Origin: Spizellomyces punctatus DAOM BR117
Lineage: Eukaryota
NCBI GenBank assembly: GCA_000182565.2
Contig: KQ257460.1
Direction: 5' to 3' (one strand)
Length of the DNA stretch: 64,000 bases
The position numbers and the translations under genes were made by a program. Every line of letters starts with the position of its first letter. The first letter of the stretch is position 1. Shown in pieces: positions 13,211 through 24,789 of this stretch. The notes under the pieces are model-generated. The model saw only the letters and a list, made by a program, of their open reading frames with translations, was not told where the DNA came from and did no database searches.

Positions 13211-14119
13211 TTACAAATTAGATTCAGCGCTTGTTACGCCAGTAGCGAGGGTATGACCAGGACGACCACTAGTTCCATGTTCAGATTTGTTATTATTGGT
13301 GGGTTTGCTTTCACTAGTTGCAGAGTCGGTTTTTGATGACATGACCTCTTGAATCGTCACACCAAGTTCAACGAGCGTCCAGATCTCGATAGCCATATTC
13401 GTACCACGGAAGTACGAGTCGAGACTCATATACGTTGTCGAGACACTAAGGATCTTGAGTACGGCTTCAGTGACCTTTCCTGCAATGCCGATGAGAAGGA
13501 TGGCCATTTGCACCCCGTGACGCTGTGATTTCCGTTTACTTTTGCCAACCGTGAGTGTCTGTCGGAGTCCAGTGATTTTGGATAGGAGAAGCAGATCTGT
13601 GACCGCCAGCATCACAGTGTATAAAAGGGTTCCTGCCGTTTGCGCTGCCTTGCCGATGTCATTAAAGTACTTGTTGTTTGTGTAAAGGACAATGCTCATT
13701 TTCGACTGAGAAAGGGCATAAAAGCTGACAGCATCGCCGAGAAGATACGCTATGGTGATGGCTGCCGTTACCACGTAGATCGTCATCCTCACAAGGGGTT
13801 TTCGTCCTTCTATGATGGACAGTAATCGTATCATCATAAAGTAGTTGTAAATGTACTGCGAAATGGCGCTGAACCAGGTAGCAAAGAATGCGGCGACAGT
13901 GGTGCGCTGCAGGGTGTACCGCGTCTTCAGTAGATCCATCGCGACAATGGGCATGAGGATATTGAAAACAAGTGCAATGGCAAGTGCTGCCAATTGTAAG
14001 AGTTTGTTTCGGTTCCTGCTGTACTTTCGGCACCAGGTCACCGTGGCGCATACCACAAAGGCTACCCCCATGCCAGAGAGGTATGTGCCAGCAATTCGTT
14101 GCGTGATGGCATCCAACAT
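13211..14119 (-). CDS. Intronless multi-pass (about 7 TM) membrane protein, GPCR-like topology
   Basis: About 7 hydrophobic segments separated by basic loops (RKYSRNRNK; GKSKRKSQRHG) and a Ser/Thr-rich C-tail. The likely ATG is at 14119 (MLDAIT). Confidence 0.7.
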   Translation of the reverse strand: MLDAITQRIAGTYLSGMGVAFVVCATVTWCRKYSRNRNKLLQLAALAIALVFNILMPIVAMDLLKTRYTLQRTTVAAFFATWFSAISQYIYNYFMMIRLLSIIEGRKPLVRMTIYVVTAAITIAYLLGDAVSFYALSQSKMSIVLYTNNKYFNDIGKAAQTAGTLLYTVMLAVTDLLLLSKITGLRQTLTVGKSKRKSQRHGVQMAILLIGIAGKVTEAVLKILSVSTTYMSLDSYFRGTNMAIEIWTLVELGVTIQEVMSSKTDSATSESKPTNNNKSEHGTSGRPGHTLATGVTSAESNL

Positions 14120-15836
14120 GGTGAGGTTTGTGAGATAGGTGAAGTGATGACGAGGAAATATATGGGAGATATAAAGTAACTTATAGTCCAACCAGATAAT
14201 CAAAATGAAAAAGAGGAACTTGTCTACCACCCTACGTTTTTATTGCGCTTTACACGTCAGAACAATGGGATCAGCATTTTTAAGCATTCGTCTAAATCTG
14301 AAAATGCAAACAAAAAAAGGCGCACAGACCTAGGCTTGTGTGAGCGTCTGGGGGAGGTTTCGAGGTGAAAGGTTTTGTTTGTTGAAAATAGCCGCCAGTA
14401 CCAAGAGTTTGGGCAAATCCACCTACAAACATTCTAGCAAAATACCACTATTTTTCAAAAAAAGAAACAAAATACAGTTTGCCGTGGAATTCAAATGGTG
14501 AATGCCGCACTGTCCCTTGTAACAAGTCACTTGCTGAGCTTAAACCATCTTTGCCCTACCAAATCCCGATTGGACCTTTGTTTCATTTAAAACACATAGG
14601 ACGGATCTATTTAAAGGTACTGGTCACTCGGCTGGAAACACGAAAAGGAAATGGGGCACACTAAAGTGACCTTTGAACACAATCCCCCCCGCCTCCCTCT
14701 GGGGTGCTTCGTTTGGTGTCTCCGGTCCCAAACCAGCTGTTTGCTTCCCATTGGGATCTTGGCTTTGTCTGGTAGGCTGGGATTTTGGCGCTGCGGCTGA
14801 AATCAATGATTCTCGCTTTTTGTCACTTTGCCATTAATTAGGGACATTACAACCCTCGTTCGTCCAAACAAAAATGAATAGTATGACAAAACGGTTACGA
14901 CTTCCAGCCCTCCATTTCATACGTTCAGTTATTGTTATATACGTCAGCGCGGTGGCATGAGATGCGGATGGCATTCATCCGTTTGTTTTTTTTTCCGGCG
15001 GGGTGCACTCGCGCAGGAATGCGTACCAAGATGTTGGTGATTTAGACGCAGTTCTCAATTAACACAAATCGAATAGTAACCGTCCTTAGAATATTGTGCA
15101 AAGGACAGCAGAGGTGGATTGGATAGACTGTCTGTCCTGCACGCTGGGATCACTACAATTGTATCGTGTACGGATAGAACACAGGGTTTTCATCATTGAT
15201 GGTATTGCTTGGCGTCGCCCCATTGTCACCTGTGTCTGTTCTATCCAAACACTCAGACACACTCACATTGTCCCCTCCCGCATTTGTCGAATGCGTATCT
15301 TGCCCAGAGCAGCATGACGCCAAAGCCTCAATGCTACGGAAAGCCAAGCATGGCATACTCCAAAGTCAGATCGATCTTATCAGTTGAAAGAAAATGGATG
15401 AATGGAAGCATTAGCATAACAGTAGTCTGATATGGCAGTACTTTGTGTTGGCTGCATTTAGAGGGAGGATGTCTGGATAAATCATGGTTCTGCCAAACCA
15501 TGTACAGGATATGTTCAATGGCAGACCGGAGACAGCTTTCTGATTGTGGTGTCCTTCCAACCAGAGCTGCCTACAGTAGAGCTGCTGTATGGAACATGCG
15601 CTTTCATGGGCTTTAACCCAATGCAACAAGCGGTACGAAATCTTCTGTTGCTGGCAAATTGCTGATGGCATCGCTAGCTAAGCCACATAGCCCCGCGTTC
15701 CTCGATAGCAGGCTTTGACTTGTCTCTCGTCGGGGGGAGATGACTGCCAGTTGCAGATTGGCTTTCTCGCTCTCATTCAGCACTAGTTGACAAGCTCGAC
15801 CTTAATCAAAAGAAAAGAGCGCCGCACTGATTAGAC

Positions 15837-18281
15837 ATGATTAATAAATTGAAGGATAGAGGAAAGGACCGACCAAATGACTCGAAATCAGGGAAATCGT
15901 TTCAAAAGGACGAAAGCTCCGCATCCGACGATGTAGAACCGCAAAACGAGTACCTGCCCGTTGCCCGCGACTTGTCCCTTCCTTATATCGTATCTCACGT
16001 CCGCCGGATACCCTTTTGGGATGCTGTCGTATTTGCGGCAAACTCAGCGTTAGGCTTTTACACAGATGCCTTGTTCGCCATGGGTCTAGACAGCGCCAGG
16101 ATACTCTCCATACCGAATGGAAATGGGCCCATGTCTTCTGTCAGAGCCAAGCTGATGCGCGCGGCGGGGAGCGTCGGAAGGAGATCTGGTATTCTTTGGA
16201 GGGTGAGGAAGGGGTTTGAGATATACTACGTCTGCCGTGGAATGCGGGTCCACGTCGAGGAAAAGCACCTCCGATACCCTTATATACTTTACTGGCACGC
16301 CTTGAAGCGGCTACTAAAAGACGACGATGGTGTTGTACTGAGCGACTTCATTGCCGACTTCATCACGGAAGTAACAAACGCAGCACTGGCAATCGCTAAC
16401 CCGCTCAACATGTTGAGATCGAAGCGAAAGTGGTTTGACATCATCTCGGACAACTTTGCTGCTGTCTATAACGTTCTTTTAGTAGAAAATTACGATATTA
16501 TGCTGTCTGCGGTCAACAGTTCCAAATTTCAATTCGTCATTAGAAACTTTGCTCTCGGTACTCATGTGACTGTCAATGGGAGCGACTATGCTGGCAAATC
16601 ATATGCAGGGTTTTGTGTCACGACCTCCATGCTGAGAAGCGCCATTAGACGCATCGCCGGCGGTGGAGCGGACTCTGTGCTGGGCGAACTTTTATTTGTA
16701 AAATTCTTACCACAGCTGACGAATGACAAGGTCGCAGTCAGCGGGTCCGGAGAGTTCAGCTGTGTGTGGGACTGGGCCTATCAAGTTAACCTGTACCGGG
16801 CTCCAAGGTTGGAAGATGCTACGATCAATGTCACCATTATTTTCGACACCCCTGTGGATATTTCGGGACTGTTGCTAAGGATTGCTCTGGAGGAGTCGAG
16901 GTTGCCCAGTTACTTCCCCTTCCCCCCGTTCATTCCGTCCGTCTACCTCCACACATCCGAAGAAGATCTCGATGGCATCATAGCAGATCGTGTTGCGGTG
17001 AGGGCGGGATATGACCACCTGATGGTACACAGGGATGATCCACGACTTTATCACTGCAGCTTTCGCCACAGCAAGGTGGACCCTGACGATCCCATGACAC
17101 GGAAGAAAGAAGACGAAGAACCTCAACGTTTCGACCCACTGGGACCTCCCACTCCTTACTGGTATGTGGGAACAAAGTTCTGTGGTGTCACAAGGCGCCC
17201 AGAGTTAGCCGACTGCATTGCCATCGAGCAATTGTATCAGGCGCATAAAGATATTCGGGACTGTCCTAGTTCAGCCGCATGTCCAAGACCTACACTTCCA
17301 CAATCACGTCCCACTGGGAAAATCAAAGAGCTTACAGGAAGACTCTGGCGCGCTATTGTGGTCGGTTCTTCGGTGCTTTTTGTTTCAAGCAATTTCTCGC
17401 AAGTCGATCTGCTACGGGAGGCTGCGTTAAGAGTTTGCCCAGCAGGACGTGGTAAAGCACTGTGTCAAAGCTGCGCGGACACTGCAGTAATTAGAAATGC
17501 AAACAAACTGGGGATTTTTCAGAACGAAAGCTGGCTGCCAACTCAATTTGTGGAGACTGAGTCTGACTGGTCAGTTGCCATAACCGATGGTGTCATCCGG
17601 GTGATGATGATTGTTACTTCACTGAAGAAACGAACGCGCGCCGCAACCATCTTAGGCGCTGAATCTGTGGTTGTATCAATGGCCAGCGAGGTGGGGAAAC
17701 AGGGTGGGGTAACGCTAGCGCGCGAGCCGGCTGCGACATTTTCTTTAACAGGGCGCCGCACCGCTCAGGCAAATGTCGGAGACTTTATAGCAAAAGACAC
17801 AACGAAGGTTGACGATGCAGCAAAACTTGTGGCACGTGGTGCAAAGTTACCCCCCGATCAGGAGAAGGCATTGCGATTAGCCATCACTCTTGCAGTTCTT
17901 ACTGCTGAGGATACCCCCATTGACGAAAAACACACATGCTGTGCTCCAGTATTACGGGGCAGTAATCCGGATCTGAGGGTAGGCGATCCCGGTCATAGAA
18001 TACTCAATCTGAGGCCGGTCCCCATAACTATGTTGCAGAAGCTTGGGGTGAAGGGATTTACTATCAATGCCCAGTCGATATACCTACAGCATGAGATAGA
18101 ATCTGACGTGATGGCCGCCGTAGAGCTGCCGCCCGTGAACCGGGGTCCCGTCGTGGCCCACTTGAGATATCTAGAACCAGCAACCAACAAGTGCAAACCA
18201 TACCCGTCGGGCGCTCCACCTCCTGCAGGGAGTGCAGACGAGATCTCACTAGCGAAACAGATATTAGTTAGTATTGACTAG
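15837..18281 (+). CDS. Intronless 814-aa hypothetical protein
   Basis: 2.4-kb ATG-initiated ORF with globular composition and several Cys clusters (CPSSAAC, CQSC, HTCC). No family recognised. Confidence 0.75.
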   Translation: MINKLKDRGKDRPNDSKSGKSFQKDESSASDDVEPQNEYLPVARDLSLPYIVSHVRRIPFWDAVVFAANSALGFYTDALFAMGLDSARILSIPNGNGPMSSVRAKLMRAAGSVGRRSGILWRVRKGFEIYYVCRGMRVHVEEKHLRYPYILYWHALKRLLKDDDGVVLSDFIADFITEVTNAALAIANPLNMLRSKRKWFDIISDNFAAVYNVLLVENYDIMLSAVNSSKFQFVIRNFALGTHVTVNGSDYAGKSYAGFCVTTSMLRSAIRRIAGGGADSVLGELLFVKFLPQLTNDKVAVSGSGEFSCVWDWAYQVNLYRAPRLEDATINVTIIFDTPVDISGLLLRIALEESRLPSYFPFPPFIPSVYLHTSEEDLDGIIADRVAVRAGYDHLMVHRDDPRLYHCSFRHSKVDPDDPMTRKKEDEEPQRFDPLGPPTPYWYVGTKFCGVTRRPELADCIAIEQLYQAHKDIRDCPSSAACPRPTLPQSRPTGKIKELTGRLWRAIVVGSSVLFVSSNFSQVDLLREAALRVCPAGRGKALCQSCADTAVIRNANKLGIFQNESWLPTQFVETESDWSVAITDGVIRVMMIVTSLKKRTRAATILGAESVVVSMASEVGKQGGVTLAREPAATFSLTGRRTAQANVGDFIAKDTTKVDDAAKLVARGAKLPPDQEKALRLAITLAVLTAEDTPIDEKHTCCAPVLRGSNPDLRVGDPGHRILNLRPVPITMLQKLGVKGFTINAQSIYLQHEIESDVMAAVELPPVNRGPVVAHLRYLEPATNKCKPYPSGAPPPAGSADEISLAKQILVSID

Positions 18282-19069
18282 GAAGGGACGGTGACATATT
18301 GTAATTATGATACCCTGGGACGGAAGCTGTATTATATTGTTGGCTGCTGAGAAATGGGGCTAAATAGCTATCTCAGACCATTTTGGAAACGAAAACAAAT
18401 ATGATGACAGGTTGCAAGTCCCAAGCAACATTTAGCGAGATATTAAGTAGTACTTAAACATAGTCAAGAAGGAATTGATGCTTGACTGGTTGCATTATCT
18501 TAGAGATCATGACTTGTCCCCCATTGGTGAATTGCATACAAACCTATTGGTGCACGGTGGCATCCACGGCCAAGATCCTGGTCCCCGTTTCCACCTACTT
18601 AGCCTTGTTGTGGCAGCTGGAGTGCAGGCAAGAGTACTTCGGAGGAGAGTAATGAGAGGAAACAAGCATGGCACTATTTTAGATCACTACTACGACAAGA
18701 ATAGTCGGTGAAAACACTTTCAGTTTCCAGCAAGATCGAAAGATTGCAGCCTCGCAAGTAATTCATCCTGATGGCTGTGGATACATTATGCGTAGAAAAT
18801 AGCAAATAATACACACTTGGGAGATAAAAAGGGAAACCAGAACGGGACATCATTTATAGAACGTCTGCAGACCCTTTATATGACTTGTCGCTATTTCAGA
18901 ATACGCGCATTCTACTTCTGGTGGGCGAATGCCTAGGCCTAGTGGCATCGTACACTGTATCAACGCTCTTACGAAAACCAACAGAAGGCACACTACAGTT
19001 CCTATTTTTGAGATGCATAATGTAAGTATAAAAAATGATCCAACTTCATTACATACCTCTTCAGAAAGA

Positions 19070-20170
19070 TGAACGTCCAAAGCTGCTTATCGGAACCTGT
19101 CGAATGCAAATCGGAGGCAGGGGAAACTGTGTCAAAAGAAAAAGCCGACGATGGCAATCCCGTTTTGAAATGAGAGTGTTGCGTGCAGACTGACGAGACG
19201 TGTGCACAAGAGATGCTTGAAAATATACTACGTGCGGAAAAGCGGCCATTCGGACCTCGAAGCCCCACCCGAAAATTGTTCGCTCGTCGGGCCACTGGTG
19301 GCCGAATAATGGTCGCTCGTCGGTCGACTGATGGCTGGATGTTGGCACTGCCAGGTATACGGTTTGTGTCGGCAGCACTTGGAGCTATTTGGGGAATCCT
19401 TCCAGGCTGGTGTCAAGCTTTCATTCGAGGTACCATGTGGAAACACAATTTGAAGAAACCGCTGGAGAAGGTGGTGGAAAAGATCTCAAAGCGCGATGAC
19501 AAGCTCAAATCTATTGCAGTGTGGGAAGAAAAGTATCTAGAAAGAAATATTGGTGAGTCGCTTCAATACCCTTCATTGACAGACGTCTTTCACTTTAAAA
19601 CTTACTCTAGCACTTGGCTGGTGGCAGCTGCCCTTAAGAACAGATGGAACATCCAAGGAAAGGGTGGACATCTACAGCGTCTTGGTGAGCGTCACCCAAA
19701 TTCTTTGGTGATTTTTGCAAAGTCATCAGCTTACCATCACTTTGCTTTCTGTATACTTTTGCATTTGTTTCGCAGTTGCTATTCAAGAAGCGGTTGTTGA
19801 ATACAATCTTGGTGAGCCTTCCATTTCGTCTTCAGTTATGGGCATGATTTTGAATTGGTTTCATTAATATCTTTTTGGCAGCTGTGCACGAGAAGCGAAA
19901 CGGTATCAAACCCTCCAATATGGATTTCATACAGTGTGCTGGTGAGGACTCTCGACAGCGGCTTGTTATTTTTGGGGAAAGCGTTAATCCACCTCACACG
20001 CTCGCTTGTTCTCATTATTACAGCGAACCTGCATAGATTCTGCGGTTTGAAAATCCCAAACTGTGTCAACGGCCGCGTCGTATATCCATCTTTAAATTGG
20101 AAGTCTGAAGAGCCTACTGGCAGCAACGTTCAAAAGCGCCGGGTACAGTTTAAAGATGAGGTATCTAATT
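19070..20170 (+). pseudogene. Possible multi-exon gene or gene relic
   Basis: ORF 19183-19800 plus GTGAG donors at about 19553, 19685 and 19811 with downstream YAG acceptors. In-frame stops flank it. Confidence 0.25.
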
Positions 20171-20262
20171 AACATCATTGAAGATGCAGAGGCCCACATA
20201 TCGCTATATATCCAAATATGGTAACAGTCACGGGTTTTGCAGACGCGCGGCTAAGCCATCTT

Positions 20263-23200
20263 TCATGATGTCGGAGCTTCAATTGGCGTTCTCAATCGCA
20301 GATATCCTTCAATGGCTGTATAAGGCGCGGCCTCAAATCTCGGGCGCTCATCCACAAAGTCCACTCCCAACTGATAAAAGTTGGTCGTTGGTTTTGCATC
20401 TGTGCCCTTGGTCGTAACATATGGTTGAAGCCACTCCCAGTTTGCCACATTGCTGGCTGGAAAGGGTATTCCCTTCGTTGTTGCTGGCTCTGCATCGACC
20501 GCCTTCGCGTAGGGTGGTACATCCATTGGAATTATGTATGGGCCCATGTGGAAGAAGGCGGTCATCGACTTTAGTGCTTTCTCGAGCGCCCATTGGGGTA
20601 GGAGCAGCGATTGGATCGGGAGGACTTCGGAGTAGGCGTGCACCGCGGTAAACGGGTCTATCAGCATACCAAAGACCGTGAGCTGCTGGTTGTGCAGTTC
20701 TATAAATTCTGAGCCGATTTTTGCCGCTTCAGCCCAGCTGGGTGAAGAATTACTGGAAGCGGCGGGCGCTGGGATCCAGTACGGCTTGAATATGGGATAA
20801 TTCTTATCACCAATCAATTTGAAAGGGCCTTGATCCGTAGGAGACTTTTCAAAGTATGTGTACATCTCCGAGAATTCAAAATCCGGCCCGTCAGAAGCAT
20901 TTCTCGCATTGAAGTAACCGACCAACCCATCGTAGACACGAGCCTTGTCGCCAAACTTTACCCGAAGTTGGTAGTCGAGTAGCGCCAGCTCTGATTTCGC
21001 TTTGTTGTTTATGATTGTAGCCTGGTTCTCAAGTGGTGGATTGGACAATTCAATAGACCAACCCGTGTTGACGAGAGCGAGAGGCTTGCCAATGATAGCA
21101 GAGAGATACTCTGCGTACTGATTCGGCGCGTGGGGCATGTTGTCAAGGGCATCTATGACTACTTTAAAAAAGCCATCCAGGTACTGTGGATCCGCCAGCT
21201 TCTGAACCAAGTAGTCTAGCTGCTGCATGTTTTTAGGGTCGGATGTGCTCGGCTCGAACGGTAACCACCGGGGTGCCGTCGAGGTGCCGTTCCTTGCTCC
21301 CAACCGAACCTCGGTGTAAAATGTCCCGTCTGGTAGGAAGATCTGTAAACCGCGGTCGACATAATTCACGATGAGCCAGCCCCATATCGGATTTTCGTAC
21401 TCTGTAGTAGGGCGCCACTCTTTCGTTTGAGAGTCTCTAACCATAAAGTGAGCATTAACCCGCGCATCCTGATTGAGATTCGGAGGCATCTGTGCGAATT
21501 CACAACTGGTACCACTAGAACCCTTGACTGTTCTTGGAAAAGGCGTAGCCATATCAGGAGAGTTGGGATCTGGTTGAGGACAATAGAATTCGCTCAAGCA
21601 CGGATACAACGACGGTTTGGTCTGGCCAGTTGGGTCGAAAGCGCAAATCGCTTGCCCGAACTTGTCAATTATGTTCAGCTTGGTAAATCGGAATTGTCCA
21701 TGTGCGGCAGGTTTGAATGGATGATACTCTGACAACCCAAAATCATATGCAGCGGCATAAGGTGTTGTTGTGGTTTCGGTGTCCATCTGGCACAGGAGGG
21801 TCTTTGAATAATCGTCAGTTGCCTTGAGTCGGTCCTGAGTGGCCTTGATGACGGCGGCCATAGGTCTGACACTCTCTCCTGGTGGCCGTACATTGGGTTT
21901 AATGTGCGTACCCTGTAGCCTGGTCACAAGGTGATCCCGAAATCCCGATAGTGGAGATGATAGGAAATCTCGTGCCCGTAGGTCTGCCAAAAGGGCCTTC
22001 TGGTCTTCTGCAGAGATGATTTTCTGCAGATCTGGCTGAAAGGTGTTCTTGAAGAGATTGTTCACCTTGGTCTCCAAGCTTAAACTCGCCTGTGGTAACA
22101 GCAGCACCCTCCCTGAAATGGTCCTCACGTTCGTGTCTTCGAGCTTCTCCCCGTCTTTCAACACATACTTAATCTTTGTAACAGGATCTGAACCGACGGC
22201 TTTCAGCTCCCATTTTGTGTAATCAATATGATAGTACTCCACCTCCCATTCTGCAAAGAGCGGGAACCATGGCTGGGTGCCTTGCCATGAATCCCGTCCT
22301 TCCTTGTCATGATAGAGAGGGTATGAACTTAACAACGGGTCGCTATCGGAAGGGGTACGGTCTTGCAATATCCAAAACTCTGAAAACAAGTTCTTGGTAG
22401 CTGCGGCTAGCTCCTTGGGGAGTTTAGCCGATATGCTGTCCGCCCAAGCGCTGAACTCCGCTGGCGGGGGTTGGCTCACACCAGGTGTGCTAGCTGTAAT
22501 CACATGTATGTCCAATCGCACCCGCAGCTTGTCCAAATAATCAACGGGCCATCCAGATTTAATACCAGAAATCAATAGCGTCGGATCTCGCTGTGAGAAA
22601 TACCGGGGGCTCGCCCCCTGCTGCGGCATCCTCCCTTGAAATTCAGTTTGTGCGTTCTTGATTGAAGTGTTTATGAGCTGGGTGGAATTCGTTATTTGCT
22701 TCGTAAGTGCATCAATCCGAGTGGATAGATCTTTAAACTTTTGCTGGTCCAGGACGTGATTAGTGTCGCTGATGACCTTCCACCACTCACTCCACAGCCT
22801 CCACTGTAGCAACTTCCTCTCCTGACTACAAATGTCGACAACCAACTGCATGGCATTCAGATCGCGAAGCTTGGTCAGTACCTCTGTAGGAGGTGCAATG
22901 GGAGATTTCATGCCCGCCCCGTCGTCACCCGACAGATGCCACTGGCTGCCCCCGGGGGAATGCGTGAAGTTGTTACTATACAGCAGGTCCTCAGCTTGTA
23001 TCTGTGAATCTAAATCGTCCTCTGTTTTGCGGAGTAACCTTTCCACCCTTTTGAAATCATCCGCTATCGGCTTTGGCATGTCTGCGTCCTTGCTCTGCTC
23101 ATAAGAGTCAATCAATGCGTACAGGGCATCAAGAGGTGTCGTCCCCAATGACACGGGCATTGTGGAAAAATGGGTTGCTGCGTCGTCGGCGGGTACATGC

Positions 23201-24326
23201 GCAGGTTTTGCATCAACGGAAAACGAGACATTATACATTGCTCCGTGGCAGAGTATCCGAGCCGAGCCGGTCTCTTCTAACCAGGACGGTTGGGGTGCGG
23301 AGGATGGTAGACCGAGAGACATCATGCAAGCGTCCAATCGTGCTGCATGGGTTTGCTGCGCTGTGGGCTGCATGTTGAAAGGGTCGTCCTCAGGCTTCGG
23401 GTGCCAGCCCAAAACATAGTAGCTTGCCTCTGCTTGAGTAAGGTACGCCTTTGTAATCGTGCCAGTAGCAGGATCGGTGGAATCATATTCAAAGTTATCG
23501 AGCATTGAAAAGACGTTCGAGTTGTGAGGCTGGTAGTCTGGAAATAGAGAATTGCTGCTATGCAATATGGACAATGGCACTCGAGCGGCAGTGTCCCCCT
23601 TCTCACTCCATCCCTCAGCGTGCGTCTTTAAGCCGATAAATATCTCTGCCTGAGTGTCAATGGCTGTGTCGTCTTTCTCTGCATTGGTTGCGCATAGGAA
23701 CGGAGATACATCAACCTCCAAGTCAACGCTGGCGTCTAAATCATCAATGTTGCGCAGGCGATCGGATTCAATGACAAACGCTTGGTAGTTGGGAATGTTG
23801 GCGTTTGCTGGTACCTTGGACTTTAGGACTCGCACAATAAGCCAACGTGTGGGAACAGGCCTGAAATTGGGGGTAGAGTAGTCAGCGTTATTCTCGACTT
23901 TGGAGAAGCCTTCTTGTTGCCGCCTCTGTTCGAATTCGTTGGCACTGGACGTTGCTGCAATCCCAGATCGGTAGACCCTGTAACAGAGAAAAGTCTTGGT
24001 TAATACAGTAAATCCTCGAGCAAAGTAAAGAAGAACTTGTACCTCGGCAACATCCAATGCAAATAAACCCCAAACCTCGATCTCCGAAGTTCTTTTGTGG
24101 CCACATTCCTTATTCGGTTATTTACTTCGGGGGATGTTGCATGGAGATCAACATGATCGAGAATATCCGGCTGGATCACCGAAATGTTACGGTCGAGACG
24201 GAGGAAGGTGTAGTTTGGTTGAGTGATTGGGGCGATTTTAGACGGTCCTGAGCAAACACTAGGATTAAGCACGAATGCATCGAGTTTCACCGGAACACAC
24301 ACAGTAGGGTTGTCGCTTGTGGTCAT
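20263..24326 (-). CDS. Module gene A: about 1332-aa uncharacterised protein (2 exons: 24326-24043, 23977-20263)
   Basis: The intron at 23978-24042 (GTACAA...TTACAG) joins VPVKLDAFVLN...GVYLHWMLPR to VYRSG...PVPTRWLIVR...FVIESD. Later motifs: PWFPLFAEWEVEYYH, GQFRFTKLNIIDKFGQ, NPIWGWLIVNYVD, IIGKPLALV, DPFTAVHAYS. The spliced length of 3999 nt is in frame. Confidence 0.9.
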
Positions 24327-24789
24327 TGCAGAATAGGCAGCAACAATGACACTTTTTGCAAGCGGCTTTGTCAGAGGTGATTTACATGCGAACGAGAAGA
24401 GGTCGCTGTGGGTTTGAAGTACTGTTTAAGGTATCCAGCTACAAGAAGGAGCGCAACCTGCTTCATAATCCCCACCCTTCAGCAGGGGGTGATTGCCCAC
24501 ATGAAAGGTTCGCGTGCATAACCCCTGGCCATTCGGTCCTGCGCGCGAAGTAATCAGCCCCAAAAAGCTGCCCAGGTTTCGCTTGCAATCAGGACAGGGG
24601 AGTAGCAGGGAGTGGTTAACGAGCTTGGCGGGTGACAATGGAGAAGGAAAAAAAAAAAAAAACATTATGAGGGCTTTTTGCAAGGAGCCTAGGTTTCGGG
24701 ATCTCATCGTTAATTCATAGGCAGCTTGGTCCACTGAGCTCTTTTTACGTTCAGTTTGGATTTACCACTGCAAGTGAACGCTGCAAACG
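24327..24789. promoter_or_regulatory. Putative bidirectional promoter between genes A and B, containing an A15 tract
   Basis: 463 bp between divergent ATGs. Poly(dA) run at 24648-24662. Confidence 0.5.
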
